Part shown: piece after piece, positions 1 through 13,399 of the stretch | Layout: every line of letters begins with the position of its first letter | Position numbering within the stretch: position 1 is the first letter of the stretch | NCBI GenBank assembly: GCA_043228905.1 | Contig: JBHGNT010000014.1 | Span: 5,394,001 to 5,458,000, forward strand | Origin: Azolla caroliniana | Lineage: Eukaryota > Plantae > Polypodiophyta | Direction of reading: 5' to 3' | DNA length: 64,000 nucleotides | Position numbers and translations under genes: made by a program | The notes under the pieces: generated by a model | Database searches by the model: none | What the model was told of the DNA's origin: nothing | What the model saw: the letters and a program-made list of their open reading frames with translations, nothing else

Positions 1-1602
1 CTTGGCGAGGTGCATGCTGCTTATGTTGTTGTAGTAGACCAGAATCGGGGTTGGTACCTTGATCTGTAGGTCTTGCAGCAGTCGCCGAAGCCAAATGGCT
101 TCACAGGTGGCAATGGTAGCGCCCCGATACTCAACCTTAGTGCTCGACAGAGCAACTGTTGGCTGCTTTTTGCTGCTCCACGCAACAGCCGTGCTTCCTA
201 GGGAAAACATGTAACCGGAGGTTGATCGGCGATCTGATGCATCGCCGGCCCAGTTGGCATCTGTGTAACCGACCAGCTCTTCGGGTATACCACGCCGGTA
301 TAACAGGCCTCGGTCCTTCGTGCCGCCTACATAACACAGTATCCGTTGTGCGCACTGAAGGTGCTCCACAGTCGGCTTCTGCATGAATTGACTTATCATT
401 CCGACCGGATAGCTAATGTCGGGTTGCGTGATAGTCAAGTAAATAAGGCTTCTGACAATTTGTCGGAACCGTTGCTCGTTGCAGGCCGGTCCGGAGTTGG
501 GACAAAGCTTTTGGTTACAGTCCAAGGGTGTGGAGACAGGTCGGCATTCTATCATGCCAAACTTGTACAACATATTCAAGACGTAATGTCGTTGTGAGAG
601 CAATATGCCGTCGGGGGTTCAGATCACCTTGATCCGAAGAAAATAATGAAGGTCCCCCAGGTCCTTCATCTCAAATGCGTCCGACAACTGGGACTTGACG
701 CGGGTGACTTCTGGAAGACCCGGTCCGGTGATGACTAAATCTTCAACATACAGTAGGATACATACCGGACCGGCTGAGCCTTGCCAGATGAACAACGAAG
801 AGTCGGACTTAGAGGCCGCAAACCCCATCTTACGCAACCGGTGCGTGATCTTCACATTCCAAGTGCGAGGGCCTTACTTCAGGTCGTACAACGACTTCTT
901 CAGCCGGCATACTGCCGACTTGTTCATCTCCGATTGAAAACCGGGGGGTTGAGTCATAAAGACTTCTTCTTCAAGATCACCCTGAAGAAACGCATTCTTC
1001 ACATCCATCTGGCGAAGATGCCACCCCTTGGCCGCGAGCAAAACACGAACGGTCGTCATCTTCGCAACCGTCGCAAATGTCTCATCGTAGTCGATGCCGA
1101 GTTTCTGCGTGTAGCCTTTTGCCACTAACCGGGCCTTGTATTGGTTGACTGAGCTGTGGGTGTTGTACTTGACCTTGTACACCCACCTACATCCAATCGG
1201 CTTCACACCCTTCGGTGCGTCAACCAAGTCCCAGGTCTCGTTGACATCAAGTGCCCGCATTTCTTCCTCCATAGCGGCACGCCAATTGGCGTCCTTTGCC
1301 GCTTCTGCATAGCTCTCCAGCTCACGCACTTCCGCCACCTTAGTCATGTACGCATAGTGATGCGCCATGTACTCATTGTACCCGTACCGCTTGACGGGAT
1401 CCTTCTGGCGGGTGGACCGGCGTAACTCACCATTACCCGGTTTGAGGACCTTCTTGGCCGGTTCGGTCTTCCTTGCCGAAGTCAGGTGCACATCGATCCG
1501 ACTCATCGTTGCTGGTTTCGAATTCCGACATCTTCTTCTTCCCCTTCTGTTTGCGCGTGAACTGTCTCCTCGGTTCCTTGCGCGGGGAGTGCACAACGGA
1601 GT

Positions 1603-2206
1603 TGATGGAAAATCAATCGACACTTTCCAAACTTCACCTCTCGGCCACAACCAAGGAAACACACGAATCGTTGTTGCAGAAAATGGGAAATGCGAGAAAT
1701 AGAGTGGACACACGATTTAACGTGGAAAACCCTGTACGGGAAAAACCACGGGAGTACAAGACTCCGAACCAAAACTATGCACAGAGAAATATACAATGGC
1801 GAGCTGCAAGGCGACGACCTTGAGCTCGTTGTCTTCGCCACAGGCGGCGGAAATACACAGAGGCGTCGACCTCTTCCTCTCTCACGCTCTATCTCTCTCG
1901 CGGCTGCTCTCTCTTCACTCCTCTTGAGTGGAAAAACAGAAAAAATGATAAGCAACATAAAACTGTTTGCCCTAAGTCATATTTATACACATATGACTTT
2001 GGGGCTATTTACAACTATAGCCTCAAGGGCCCTTGGCAAACATATTCACAGATATGTCCCCGCATCCGGATCTCGCTCCGGGTACATTCGTCATCCGGCT
2101 CCGAAGCCGGGGTCTTCATCATCTGGTTCCGAAACCGAAACCGGGCTTGTCGGCATTCATCTCCGATATCCGACCATCCCATCCGAAAGGGACAGTAATC
2201 CCAACA
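1603..2206 (-). repeat. 3' LTR of Copia A
   Basis: Near-identical to 6320-6923; adjacent to PPT GTGAAGGGGGAGTT on the minus strand. Confidence 0.97.
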
Positions 2207-2216
2207 AACTCCCCCT

Positions 2217-5200
2217 TCACTTCGGCATGGGATGTATCTCCAATCCGATCCTCTTCCGGCATGCTTCCAGCTTGTCGGGTGTGAGCACCTTGGTCAGCAT
2301 ATCCGACCCGTTCTCGTCCGTGTGGACCTTCGTCAGCACGAACTCCTTGTCTTCTATCCTTTCCCGGATCCAGTGATATCTTCGCTGGATGTGCTTCGTC
2401 CGGGAGTGATAGGCCGCGTTCTTCGCAAGGTGGATTGCACTCTGACTATCGCAGTAGAGTCGGTACTCCTCCTGTCGGATACCGAGCTCTCTAATGAAGT
2501 CCTTCATCCATATTATTTCCTTGCCGGCTTCAACAACCGCCATGTACTCCGCCTCCGTGGTTGACAACGCAACCGTCTTCTGCAGCCTCGACTGCCATGA
2601 AACAGCTCCCCCTGCATACGTCATCACATACCCTGATGTGGACCGGCTGGTATCTGCATCAGCCGACATATCTGAATCGGTGAAGCCGTCGAGTTCGGGC
2701 TTACCGGAGCCGAATAGGAGGCACACGTTTGCCGTGCCCTTCAGGTATCGGAGTATCCACTTGGCCGCATTCCAATGCTCTTTGCCGGGATTGCTCATGT
2801 ACCGGCTCACCACTCTGACTGCATATCCTATGTCCGGTCTCGTACACACCATGGCGTACATCAAGCTCCCGACGGCTGAGGCATACGGCACTTTCATCAT
2901 ATCCTCCTTTTCAGCCTTTGTCTTGGGACTTTGCTTGTTGGACAGCTTGCAGTTTGCCGGGAGGGTCGATCCGACCGGCCTTGCTTCCGACATGTTGAAC
3001 CGTTTAAGCACCTTTGTCACGTACTTCTCCTGTGACAGCCACAACTGCTTCTTGCTCCGGTCCCGGATGATGTGCATCCCTAGTATTTGTCTCGCCAGAC
3101 CCAAGTCCTTCATTGAGAAGGTTCGGTGAAGAGCCTTCTTCAGCATCCGTATCTTGACCTGGTCCCGTCCGACGATCAACATGTCGTCCACGTACAGGAG
3201 GAGTATTAGAAAGTCTCCTCCTTCGAACTTCTTCACAAACACGCAGTGGTCAGACTGCGTTTTGAGGTACCCTTCGTCGGTCATGAAGGAGTCGAACTTC
3301 CGGTACCATTGCCGGGGAGCCTGCTTCAGTCCGTAGAGGCTCTTCTTCAACCAGCATACCAAGTGCTCCTTCCCTTTCTTCTCGAATCCTTCCGGTTGCT
3401 GCATGTAGATCTCTTCTTCGAGGTCACCGTGAAGGAATGCCGTCTTCACGTCCATCTGTTCTACCTCGAGGTCCATGCTTGCCGCTATTCTCAGCACCGT
3501 CAGAATGGAGGTCATCTTCACTACCGGGGCAAATATCTCGTCGAAGTCGACGCCCTTCTTCTGCTGAAACCCCTTCACCACGATCCTGGCTTTGTATCTC
3601 GGGGGGTTTCCGGCATCTCCCGGTTTCAGCTTGAACACCCACTTGTTTCGAAGTGCCCGCTTTCCTTTCGGCAACTCCACAAGTTCATATGTGTGGTTCT
3701 CATGCAGGGAATCCATCTCGTCCTGCATGCACTCAACCACCTGCGGCTCTGGGTGTCATGCTTTGCTTCTTCAAAGCTCTCTGGCTCCCCTTCGTCGGTT
3801 AGCAGCACGTGCTCTGGTTCCGGAAATCTCCGGGGGGCCCTTCTCTCTCTTAGAGGATATCTCCGTTCCGGAGCTTCGGTAACCGGTTCTTCCGATTCTT
3901 CTTCATCCGAATCCATTTCGGGATCGGGGCCGGTTCCGGTATCATTTTCATCTTCTTCGGCCGGTTCTGTTTCTTCACCGTCTTCGGCCGGATCCTCGAG
4001 TGCTAACCGGTCCCTTGCCGGTCGGGACTGCTCCTCGTAGAGTTGATCCTCACCGGTCGACTTGGAGCTCTTCATCTTCTTCTCCGACTCCCAGTCGGTG
4101 AGTGTCTTGTTCTCCATGAAGATGATATCACGACTCCGGAATATCTTCTTGTCGACCGGGTCCCATACTCGGTAGCCGAACTCGTCATTGCCGTAACCGA
4201 GGAATATGCATGGCCGGGTCTTTGGATCTAACTTTCCTCTCCGGTCCTTTGCCACATGCACGTATGCGAGACACCCGAACACCTTCAGATGCCGGTAGGA
4301 TACTTCCCTACCGGTCCACACTCTCTGCGGCGTGTCTCCGTCCAAAGGTACTGAGGGTGATCTGTTTATCACGTATGTCGCCGTCGACATCGCCTCAGCC
4401 CAAAACCCCTTGGGTAATTCCGCATGCGCCAGCATACTCCGGACCCTCTCCATTATGGTCCGGTTCATCCTCTCGGCCAGCCCGTTCAGTTCCGGTGTCT
4501 TCGGCACAGTAAACTCGAGCCGGATTCCTTTCGAGCGGCAGTACTCCGCGAACTGCCCCCGGTATTCCCCTCCGTTATCCGCTCGTATCGCTTTCAGCTT
4601 CTTGCCGGATTCCCTTTCCACTCTCGCGTGGAGTTCTTTGAAAACGCACAACACTTGGTCCTTTTTCTTCAACGGTGCCGTCCACAGCTTCCGGCTGTGG
4701 TCATCAATGAATGTCACGAAGTACTAGGCTCCGCCATGTGACTTCGTTTCTACTTGACACACGTCAGTGTGCACCAACTCCAATGGTGCGCTACGTCTCG
4801 TCGGTGGCCTTGAGTGGAAGGAGGTTCGGTTCTGCTTACCGGCCAGGCAATCGGTGCACTTCTCCAGGTGCACATGCTTCACTGGAATAAGGTTGTCTTC
4901 TGCAAGCCTCTTCATCCCCTTCTCACTCATGTGGCACAGTCTCTTGTGCCACAGCTCACCGGCAGTGTCGGCTGCCACGTTCAACTCCTCTGGACACAAC
5001 CAGGCATTCATCAGGTATAGTGTGTTGACCTTCCGGGCCTGAGCCACTATCAGGCTCCCCTTGCTGAACTTCATTACGCCGTTCCGGATGCTACCTGTGT
5101 AGCCTTCATCGTCTAGCCTCCCGGCCGAAATCAGGTTCAATCGAACCTCCGGAACGTGTCGAACATCCTTCAGCAGCATTTTGCATCCGGTCGGGGTTGT

Positions 5201-6289
5201 CAGCCACACGTCTCCTGTGCCGGCAATCCGGCACGTACCTTCATTTCCCATCCGAACACAGCCATGCTCACCGGCTGTGTAGGATGAGAAGTATCTTCTC
5301 TCCGGGGTCAGGTGGAACGATGCTCCGGAATCGACCACCCAGGTCGTCTCATCGCCGGCAATGTTTAGTTCACCTTCTTCGGTGATGAGCATGATCTCCT
5401 CTTCACTTGCCGCGAGTGCCGTCGTTCCTTTCCGGTCCTGCCCTCGCCGATCCGGACCTCTCCGGTCCGTGGCTCCCCGGTATGCACCGTTTCTCTCCGG
5501 TGACTTCTTCGAATCGGTGTCGTCGGCTCCGTTGTCCTTTCGGTAATGCCGACAATTCTTTCGGAAGTGCCCCGGCTTCCCACAGTGGAAGCATGTGGGC
5601 CTTCCTCTTGACTGCGACCGGGTCCCCGACTTCTCCCGTCTTTGCGGACTCCGGTTCCGTTGTCTTCCCCGATCCGATTCGGTAAACAACATCTTCGGAT
5701 CGGAGGCCGGTTCTTTATCTCTCCGACGCGCTTCTTCGTTCAAAATACTTGTCTTTACCGTTTGTAGGGACAAGTTATCTTCGGTGCAGGAAGTGCTGAG
5801 AGTCACCACCAAGTTCTCCCAGCTTTCCGGCAATGTACACATCAGAATGATGGCTTGCATTGCATCCTCCAGCGGGAACTTGATCGCCGCAAGCTGGTTC
5901 ACGAATCCCATGAACGTGCTTACGTGTTCCACCATACTCTCGCCGTCCCGGTACTTGAGGTTCACTATCTTCCTCATCAGGGAGGTCCGGTTCAACGCAT
6001 TCTTCCTCTCGTAGAGGCCCGACAGCTTCCGCCACATCTCATATGCGTTGGTGTCGTTCGCCACATGTTGTAGAACGCTCACGTCGACGTATTGCCGAAT
6101 GGTTGCAACGGCTTTCCGGTTCAGAAGCCTCCATTCCGACTCAAGTACCCCCTTCGGTATTTCCGACCTGTCAATCGGTTCGTACAGGTCCCGAACAATC
6201 AGAAGATCCTCCATCTTGATCTTCCAGTCGGCGTAATTCTGTGCATTCAGCACCATCATCCCCGGCTGCCCGTTGCCGCCGCCTTCCAT
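2217..6289 (-). pseudogene. gag-pol: Copia A gag-pol polyprotein with one nonsense mutation (4724-4726) and one frameshift (~3730)
   Basis: CCHC knuckle CFHCGKPGHFRKNC, protease WVVDSGAS, GAG-pre-integrase LWHKRLCH, IN ELVHTDVC/RADNGGEY, RT LLYVDD, RNase H YCDSQSAI/TKHI. The sister copy at 61479-64000 has CAG at the stop position and an extra G at the frameshift. Confidence 0.93.
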
Positions 6290-6304
6290 TTTCTGCAGCA
6301 GCCC

Positions 6305-6316
6305 GCTCTGATACCA
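6305..6316 (-). promoter_or_regulatory. Primer-binding site (tRNA-Met initiator) of Copia A
   Basis: TGGTATCAGAGC 3 nt inside the 5' LTR boundary. Confidence 0.93.
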
Positions 6317-6319
6317 AAT

Positions 6320-6923
6320 TGATGGAAAATCAATCGACACTTTCCAAACTTCACCTCTCGGCCACAACCAAGGAAACACACGAATCGTTGTTGCAGAAAA
6401 TGGGAAATGCGAGAAATAGAGTGGACACACGATTTAACGTGGAAAACCCTGTACGGGAAAAACCACGGGAGTACAAGACTCCGAACCAAAACTATGCACA
6501 GAGAAATATACAATGGCGAGCTGCAAGGCGACGACCTTGAGCTCGTTGTCTTCGCCACAGGCGGCGGAAATACACAGAGGCGTCGACCTCTTCCTCTCTC
6601 ACGCTCTATCTCTCTCGCGGCTGCTCTCTCTTCACTCCTCTTGAGTGGAAAAACAGAAAAAATGATAAGCAACATAAAACTGTTTGCCCTAAGTCATATT
6701 TATACACATATGACTTTGGGGCTATTTACAACTATAGCCTCAAGGGCCCTTGGCAAACATATTCACAGATATGTCCCCGCATCCGGATCTCGCTCCGGGT
6801 ACATTCGTCATCCGGCTCCGAAGCCGGGGTCTTCATCATCCGGTTCCGAAACCGAAACCGGGCTTGTCGGCATTCATCTCCGATATCCGACCATCCCATC
6901 CGAAAGGGACAGTAATCCCAACA
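6320..6923 (-). repeat. 5' LTR of Copia A
   Basis: 604 bp, TG..CA, followed by PBS on the minus strand. Confidence 0.97.
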
Positions 6924-9476
6924 GGAGTCTCCACTACTCACCGGTTCCTCATCGGATTGGTCAGATTGACTCAGTCTCTCGTTCGGCCCGCTCAACCGGA
7001 ACGATTCTGGACTCTCATCCTGAGTCCACGCTTCATCATCCTCTACCTGGGCCGGTTCAGGCTCACTAGCCTCATCCACTGGCATCGGGTCGGAATCGGA
7101 AGTCGGAGTCGGTAAGGAATACCATGATGGCGATTCATCGAACTCGACATCTCGACGAACTCTGACCTGCTTTGTCCAGGGGTTATAACACGTATAACCC
7201 TTTTGCTCTTGAGCATAGCCGACTAGGATGCATTTTTCCGATTTTGCATCCAGCTTCCTCCGCTTCTCATCCGGTACATGTACAAATGCAATGCTACCGA
7301 AGATCTTAAGGTGTCTCAAATTCGGCTTGCGTCCGAAATACAGCTCGTGAGCTGACACCTTGTCACCGATCCGGTTCTGGATGTAGACAGCCGTTTGGAC
7401 TGCCTCCGCCCAGTAGAATTTGGGCATGCTCTTCTCCTCCAGCATTGCCCTTGCCGCATCAATAAGCGACTGGTTCTTCCTTTCGGCAACACCATTCTAT
7501 TGCGGTGTGTATCTGCAGCTGAACTCTTGCCGAATTCCCTTTTGGTGTAGATAACTGTTGAATTGGCCGGAAAAGTATTCTTCTCCGCCATCCGACCGTA
7601 GGCATTTGATCTTCCTCTCCGATTCCCGTTCCACCATGATTTGGAGACTCCGGAAACACTCGAGGACTTCACTCTTCTGCTCAATGAGGTAGATCCAGGT
7701 GTGCCGCGTATAGTCGTCGATGAAGGAGACGAAATATCGACTCCCGCCAAGACTAACATTCTGTGCTGGTCCCCACACATCAGAATGGATAAGGTCGAGC
7801 TTATTACGGCTTCGGTTACGTTCGGTAGGGAATGGAAGCCGGTGTTGCTTCCCGAGTTGGTAGGCTTCACATACTTGGACCTTCCGGCCGTTGAACTTCG
7901 GCAAACCGAAAACAACTTGTTTCGTTTGCAGGTCTTGAAGACTCCGGTAATTGACGTGGCCTATCCGCTTGTGCCACAGGTCGAGGTCCGATTCGACCTT
8001 CTGTCCTTTTGCAAATAGAGCGGTGCCGACGTCATTGGTGTCGAGGATAAACATCCTCCCGTCTCTGCGCCCTTGCGCAATAATCTGGTCCTCTTCCTCG
8101 ATGGAGCACCCAAGGTGTGTAAACCGCACATGCATCCCCTGGTCGACGATCTGTTCGACCGACACCAGGTTCTTCGTGATTGTCGGAACGTGTAATACGT
8201 TCATAAGCTTCCCCTTCTATCCGATGTGGCTCAAAGGGACTTCTCTGACGTGCACGATTGGGTGAGGAGTGTCGTCTCCGGTTTCGACTACTCCTGGTTG
8301 ATCCGGTTTCTCCAAGAAGGAGAACCACTCTTTGTGGCTCGTCATGTGGTTCGACGCACCGGAATCAACATACCACACTTCCTCCGATTTGGAAGTGGTC
8401 TTCTTCACCGAGTTTGCCTCGTGCTTCATCACTAAGGCTGGCCCGTTACCGTTCTTGGATCCTCCCGATCCCTTCGCATAGTGCGAGCTTTGCCGACCAT
8501 CCTTGCCGGCCTTGCTGGATCCGGATTTGTCTGAATCGGTGCATTTTCTCCAGCACTCTCTTTCTCTGTGGCCCTTTTTTCCACAGTACCAGCATTCCGT
8601 TGCAGTCTTCTCCTGCCGTCTTCTGGTGCTGCCATGACTCCCCCTGCTCCCGGAGGGTCCGGAACTGCTATCGACACGTTCTCTGTGCCTTTGTTCCTGG
8701 TCTTGCTGGACGCCTCCATTGCATGCCGACCCCCCTCATCCACCACGCCCATGGGACCGATCCGCTTCCGTGTACAACATCCGGTTGTCAATGGGTGCGC
8801 TAGTTGACGCACCGACGTTGTTCTCCTCTACAAGGAGCATCGACTGTAAGTCAAAAAATGACAACGTATTCTCACTTGTACATACCGCCGTTCGGAACGC
8901 TCTGAACTTAGACGCCAGGCCCCCAAGACAGAACTGTACCATCTCTTCTTCCTCTACGGTAACGTTGATAGAGGCAAGCAAGTCACAGATCTCTTTGATC
9001 CGGGCCGTGTAATCCGCCACCGACATGTCCTTCTGTCGGACATTGCTCAACTCCTGTCAGAGTTGCAGCTTCCGAGCTGTAGTGCTCGCGGCGAAAACCT
9101 TCTTCAGGTTTCCCCAAGCCTCCTTCGGCGTCTTGGTGTCTCGGATGTGGCTCAGCAGTTGGTCTCCGACACTGGACGTGAAGCAGTACATCACTCTGCT
9201 TGCCTATTGTTCCCACACTAGGAAATCCTTATGTGTCGCATCAGGTGCTGTTTCGTTGGCTCCTTCGACGAAACTCCAGTAGCTATGCTCAAGTAGGTAC
9301 TGGTGCATCTTGTACGACCCAAATGCGTAGTTGGATCTGTCGAGTTTCTCTACAGGGAGTGAGCTAGCTGCTCCTCTATCCATCACTTCTCTGTCTGTTG
9401 TTCTTACGAGCTATTAGGGCTTGCTTTCAAGCGTTTGTCGGCTGCAGAGGTTCTCAACCCTCGCACTGTGATACCA

Positions 9477-9876
9477 TGTAAATGATTACTTGCGGAAGCA
9501 TTAGAAAACAGAGAAAAGCAAAGAATACACAAAGTACACGGGAGAGACAGAGAGAGCAGAACGTACAAGCTATATTCAAAAACGATATAAACACTCTGTA
9601 GATACAACTGTGCTCAGTAGCACTATTTATACAAGTCCTCGTGGGACTGACAAAAGTACCGCGTACTTCAATGCTCACAGGAGAATCTGACACTTAATAC
9701 AAGACTATAACAACCTAGTAGTCTAAACTAATACTAGGCTTCCAGTTACCGATTGGATCCGGCTAATTGGCTCTGTTGCTTGCCAACTCGGTTGCTCACC
9801 GGCTTACCGATCCATCTCGCTTGACGGCTCAGGCTTATCCAACCGATTCGGCTCCAGTTGAGCTTGCTGCTCAACA
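9477..9876 (-). repeat. 5' LTR of Copia B
   Basis: TG..CA termini, adjacent PBS; homologous to the LTRs at 48104 and 51736. Confidence 0.88.
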
Positions 9877-12800
9877 TCCTATCCCTAGAGGATTTGATGA
9901 TCAGAGAAGTCCTCTATAGTGCACAAGTTGCACACACGTGGCTACTAAACTCTGGTACCACATTTCACGTGACCCCGAACATTGAATGGTTTTCGAACTA
10001 TTCAGCCGACGCCAACGACACAGTCCGACTAGGAAACGGGTAGGAGTGCAAGATAGCAGGAACTTGAGAAGTTCCCATTAGATTGTCAAATGGCAACATA
10101 ATAACCTTGCACCGAGTTCGGCATGTACCCGATCTAAAGAGGAGTCTGGTATCCATCAGGATGTTAGCAGAAGACGGGTACAAAACGACTCTACACAAGT
10201 TGACATGGGTGATCAGCCGAGGAAACCTCAAAGTCGGGAGTGGGTACAAGTACAATAATCTATACCCATTGATGGCAATCAACCATGAAGGGGCCATGGA
10301 CGTAGCCGAAAAGACCGACCCAAACCTATGGCATGGTCAACTAGGCCATATGTCACAAGCCGGACTTGATCGGCTGATGTCGATTGGCTACATTCTGAAA
10401 CTCTAGGCAAAGACTGACTTTTGCAAGCATTGTCAATATGGGAAACAGACCTGAAGTCCACACTCTCTCCACTATGAGACGATACGACAACCCCTAGAGC
10501 TCGTGCACACAAACATATGTGGGCCCATGCCAAAACGATCACTAGGAGGCTCCCGGTATTTCATCACATTCGTAGATGATTGTACATGGAAAGTTTGGGC
10601 ATACTCCATCAAGTCCAAAGATGAAATGCTGGAGGTCTTCACTCGATGGATATCTGAAGTGGAGAACCAGTCGGGATACAGAGTGAAGACACTCCGATCC
10701 GACAACGGAGGTGAGTACACCTCTAGAGCCTTCAAACAGTACCTGCCAGAAAAGGGATCCGACACCAAAAGAACGTTCCTTACACACCCATGCAAAATGG
10801 AGTGGTAGAATGGATCAATAGGACGATCCAGGAGAGGGTGACGACAATGCTTCAGCAAGCCAGACTGAAGCTGAAATTCTGGGCTGAGGCATTGTAGATG
10901 GCAGTGTACCTGATAAATATGGTGCTATCAAGAGCAATCAGGCTCGAAGTGCCACAGGCACTATGGTCAGGCAAACAACTGACTTACGATAGGCTCCGTA
11001 TATTCGGATGCAAAGTCTACACGTTCATCCCCAGGGACAAAAGGACGAAGCTGGCACCTCATGCAACGACGTGCATATTTCTCAGTTATGGAACCGATGG
11101 GGACTTCAAATACCGGCTATGGGACCCTGAGAACTGGATACTGATATGGAATAGTGACGTGGTCTTCAATGAAGACTCTATCTTGTCTCAGAAGAACCAA
11201 CAGAAAAAAGTTGGTAAGAAGGTATCCTTCGAAGAAGATAGAACTGTCGTAGAAGGACTGTCCCACAGGGCCGAATCAGAGAGTCAACAGACAGTTGAAC
11301 TCCAACTAGCTGACTACTTCCCTGCCGACACTGAATCGGCAACAAGTTCCATTGTCGAACTCAAAGACAAAGTCATCAAAGGCATAGCCAAATCGACAAG
11401 GATCGATAAAGGCAGAGGCACCAAGAGGCAAGTCATAAAAGAGTCGATGACACCCACAGAGGAGAACAACCAGACACTACCGAAATCCCAAACAAGACTC
11501 CTGATACATATGGTTCAACAAATACCGATTTTCTAACATAATCGATTGAAGGATCCTAACCTAACATCTCGGAACCTAGGAGATCTAGACGAGCTCGAAG
11601 GCAAACAAACTTCTATCAACCAGGCCTCGACTACGTCAACTACACGGATGCTGGCGAACCAAGCACGTATGAAGAAGCTATGGCCGCACCGGATGCCGAA
11701 ACATGGCTACAAGCCATGAAATCCGAGATGGACTCGATTCACTAGAATCAGACATGGGAGCTAGTCGAACTACCATCAGGAAGAAAGCCACTACCTTGCA
11801 AATGGGTGTTCCGATACAAGTATGTATCCGACTCAGAGAAACCCAAGTACAAAGCTCAGCTTGTCGCAAAGGGATTCAAACAGGAATACGGGGTCGACTA
11901 CGACGAGATATTCTCACCAGTAGTCAAGATGACCACCCTCCAACTCCTATTAGGAGTTGTGGTGACAGAAGCTCTCGAGCTCAAGCAGATGGATGTAAAG
12001 ACGACATTTCGACACGGAGATCTGGAAGAAGACATATACATGTCTCAACCGACAGGCTTCATGGTGACGGGGGAGGATAGTCACCTCGTATGTCGACTAA
12101 AGAAAAGTCTATATGGCCTCAAACAAGCGACGAGGATGTGGTACCAGAAGTTTGACTCCTACATATGGCGGCTTGGATAAAACAAATCAGACTCCGACCC
12201 ATGTCTATATGTTCGACAATTGGCCGATGAGTCCAGGATCTATCTGATCCTATATGTCGATGACATGTTGATTGCAGGGAGCAATCAAGTAGAGATCGGT
12301 AAGCTCCACGCCTTCACGCAAAGTTCATGATGAAGGAACTAGGACAAGCCCGACACATATTGGGCATGAGGGTAGAGCGAAATCAGACAACCAAAACTCT
12401 CCGACTCTCCCAGTCCGAATACATCTACAAGGTGCTAAGGCGCTTCAACATGGAGAATGCGAAGCTAGCACGGACACCGCTTCCAACGTCGATTAGACTA
12501 TTAGACAGAGACTCTCCTTCAATGGACAAGGAGAGAGGGCTTAATGGAAAGATACCCTACTCATTGGCTGTATGAAGTATCATGTACGCAATGGTGGCGA
12601 CCCGACTCGACCTAGCCTATGCCGTAGGGGTGGTCAGCTGGTACCTGTCAAACCCAAGAAGGAATCATTGGGAGGCCATCAAGCACATCCTTAGGTATCT
12701 AAAAGGAACCACGATTGCACAACTGACTTTCGGACTGACAACCTCAGCTGAAGTCGAAGGCTACACTGATTCTGACTATGCTGGAAATACAGATAATCGG

Positions 12801-13220
12801 AAATCGACATCAAGCTACATCTTCAGCTATGGTGGCGGTGCAATATCATGGAGGTCAAAAATTCAAGAGTGCATGACTCTATCTACCACAAAAGCCGAGT
12901 ACATAGCAACATCGGAAGCAACTAAGGAAGCGATCTGGCTGCACCGACTGTCTGCTAACTTCGGAACTACAAGCCGAATTGATCAAACAACGCTGACCAT
13001 CTATTGTGACTCACAGAGCGCAATACACCTCATCAACAATCTCATCTACCATGCGAAGACGAAGCACATTGAGGTGCAGTATTATCATATTCGGGAGTTT
13101 GTGACCGAGAAGAAGCTCGATGTCCGGAAGATCGACACCGAGGTGAACATCGCCGATTGCGTGACAAAGCCACTCCCAGATCAACGCTTCGGAACACTAA
13201 GGATGAAGATGGGACTCTGA
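9877..13220 (+). pseudogene. pol: Degenerate Copia element C pol (PR-IN-RT-RNase H); 5' part separated by the B insertion
   Basis: WLLNSGTTFH, LRSDNGGEY, QMDVKTTF, YVDDML, GYTDSDYAG, YCDSQSAI..KTKHIEV across fragmented ORFs 9858-13220. Confidence 0.9.
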
Positions 13221-13399
13221 CAAGCGACCAAGCAGAAGAAAGCTGAACGAGGAGTAGCAGGTAAGAGCTGATCGACATTCATACTATATGTCTGCCGACT
13301 CGGCTACTTGCCGACAGACTTGTAACAAAAAACCTAGTTCAATTTTGTAACCTAGGTTTATGGGGGAGATAACCCTAAGCACTTGTATATGTATGAAAG

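Larger units (their letters stand above)
1603..6923 (-). mobile_element. Full-length young Ty1/Copia element A
   Basis: Two 604-bp TG..CA LTRs; TSD GGAGT at 1598-1602 and 6924-6928; PBS TGGTATCAGAGC (6305-6316, minus); PPT 2207-2220; gag-PR-IN-RT-RH order. Confidence 0.97.
1..9876 (-). mobile_element. Degenerate Ty1/Copia element B (3' end outside window), interrupted by element A
   Basis: 5' LTR 9477-9876 (minus strand starts TGTTGAGCAGCAAGCTCAAC); degenerate Met-i PBS 9463-9476; gag fragments 8430-9386; integrase 6929-8200 (LIHSDVWGP, LRSDGGEEY); RT/RNase H 1-1597 ([24 protein letters not shown]); many stops and frameshifts. Confidence 0.9.

Noticed and set aside
1690-2376. 228-aa antisense ORF across the A LTR (also 6407-7069 and the tail of 60276-61160)
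   Set aside because: No recognizable domain; it recurs only because the LTR is repeated, and the frame shifts in A2. The 60276 ORF is a gag/LTR junction chimera
2494-4040. Long plus-strand ORFs antisense to pol (also 61756-63294)
   Set aside because: Shadow ORFs of GC-rich coding sequence
4724-4726. Programmed stop-codon readthrough between gag-PR and IN
   Set aside because: The stop lies inside the integrase core and the sister copies A2, E and F have CAG, so it is a C>T mutation
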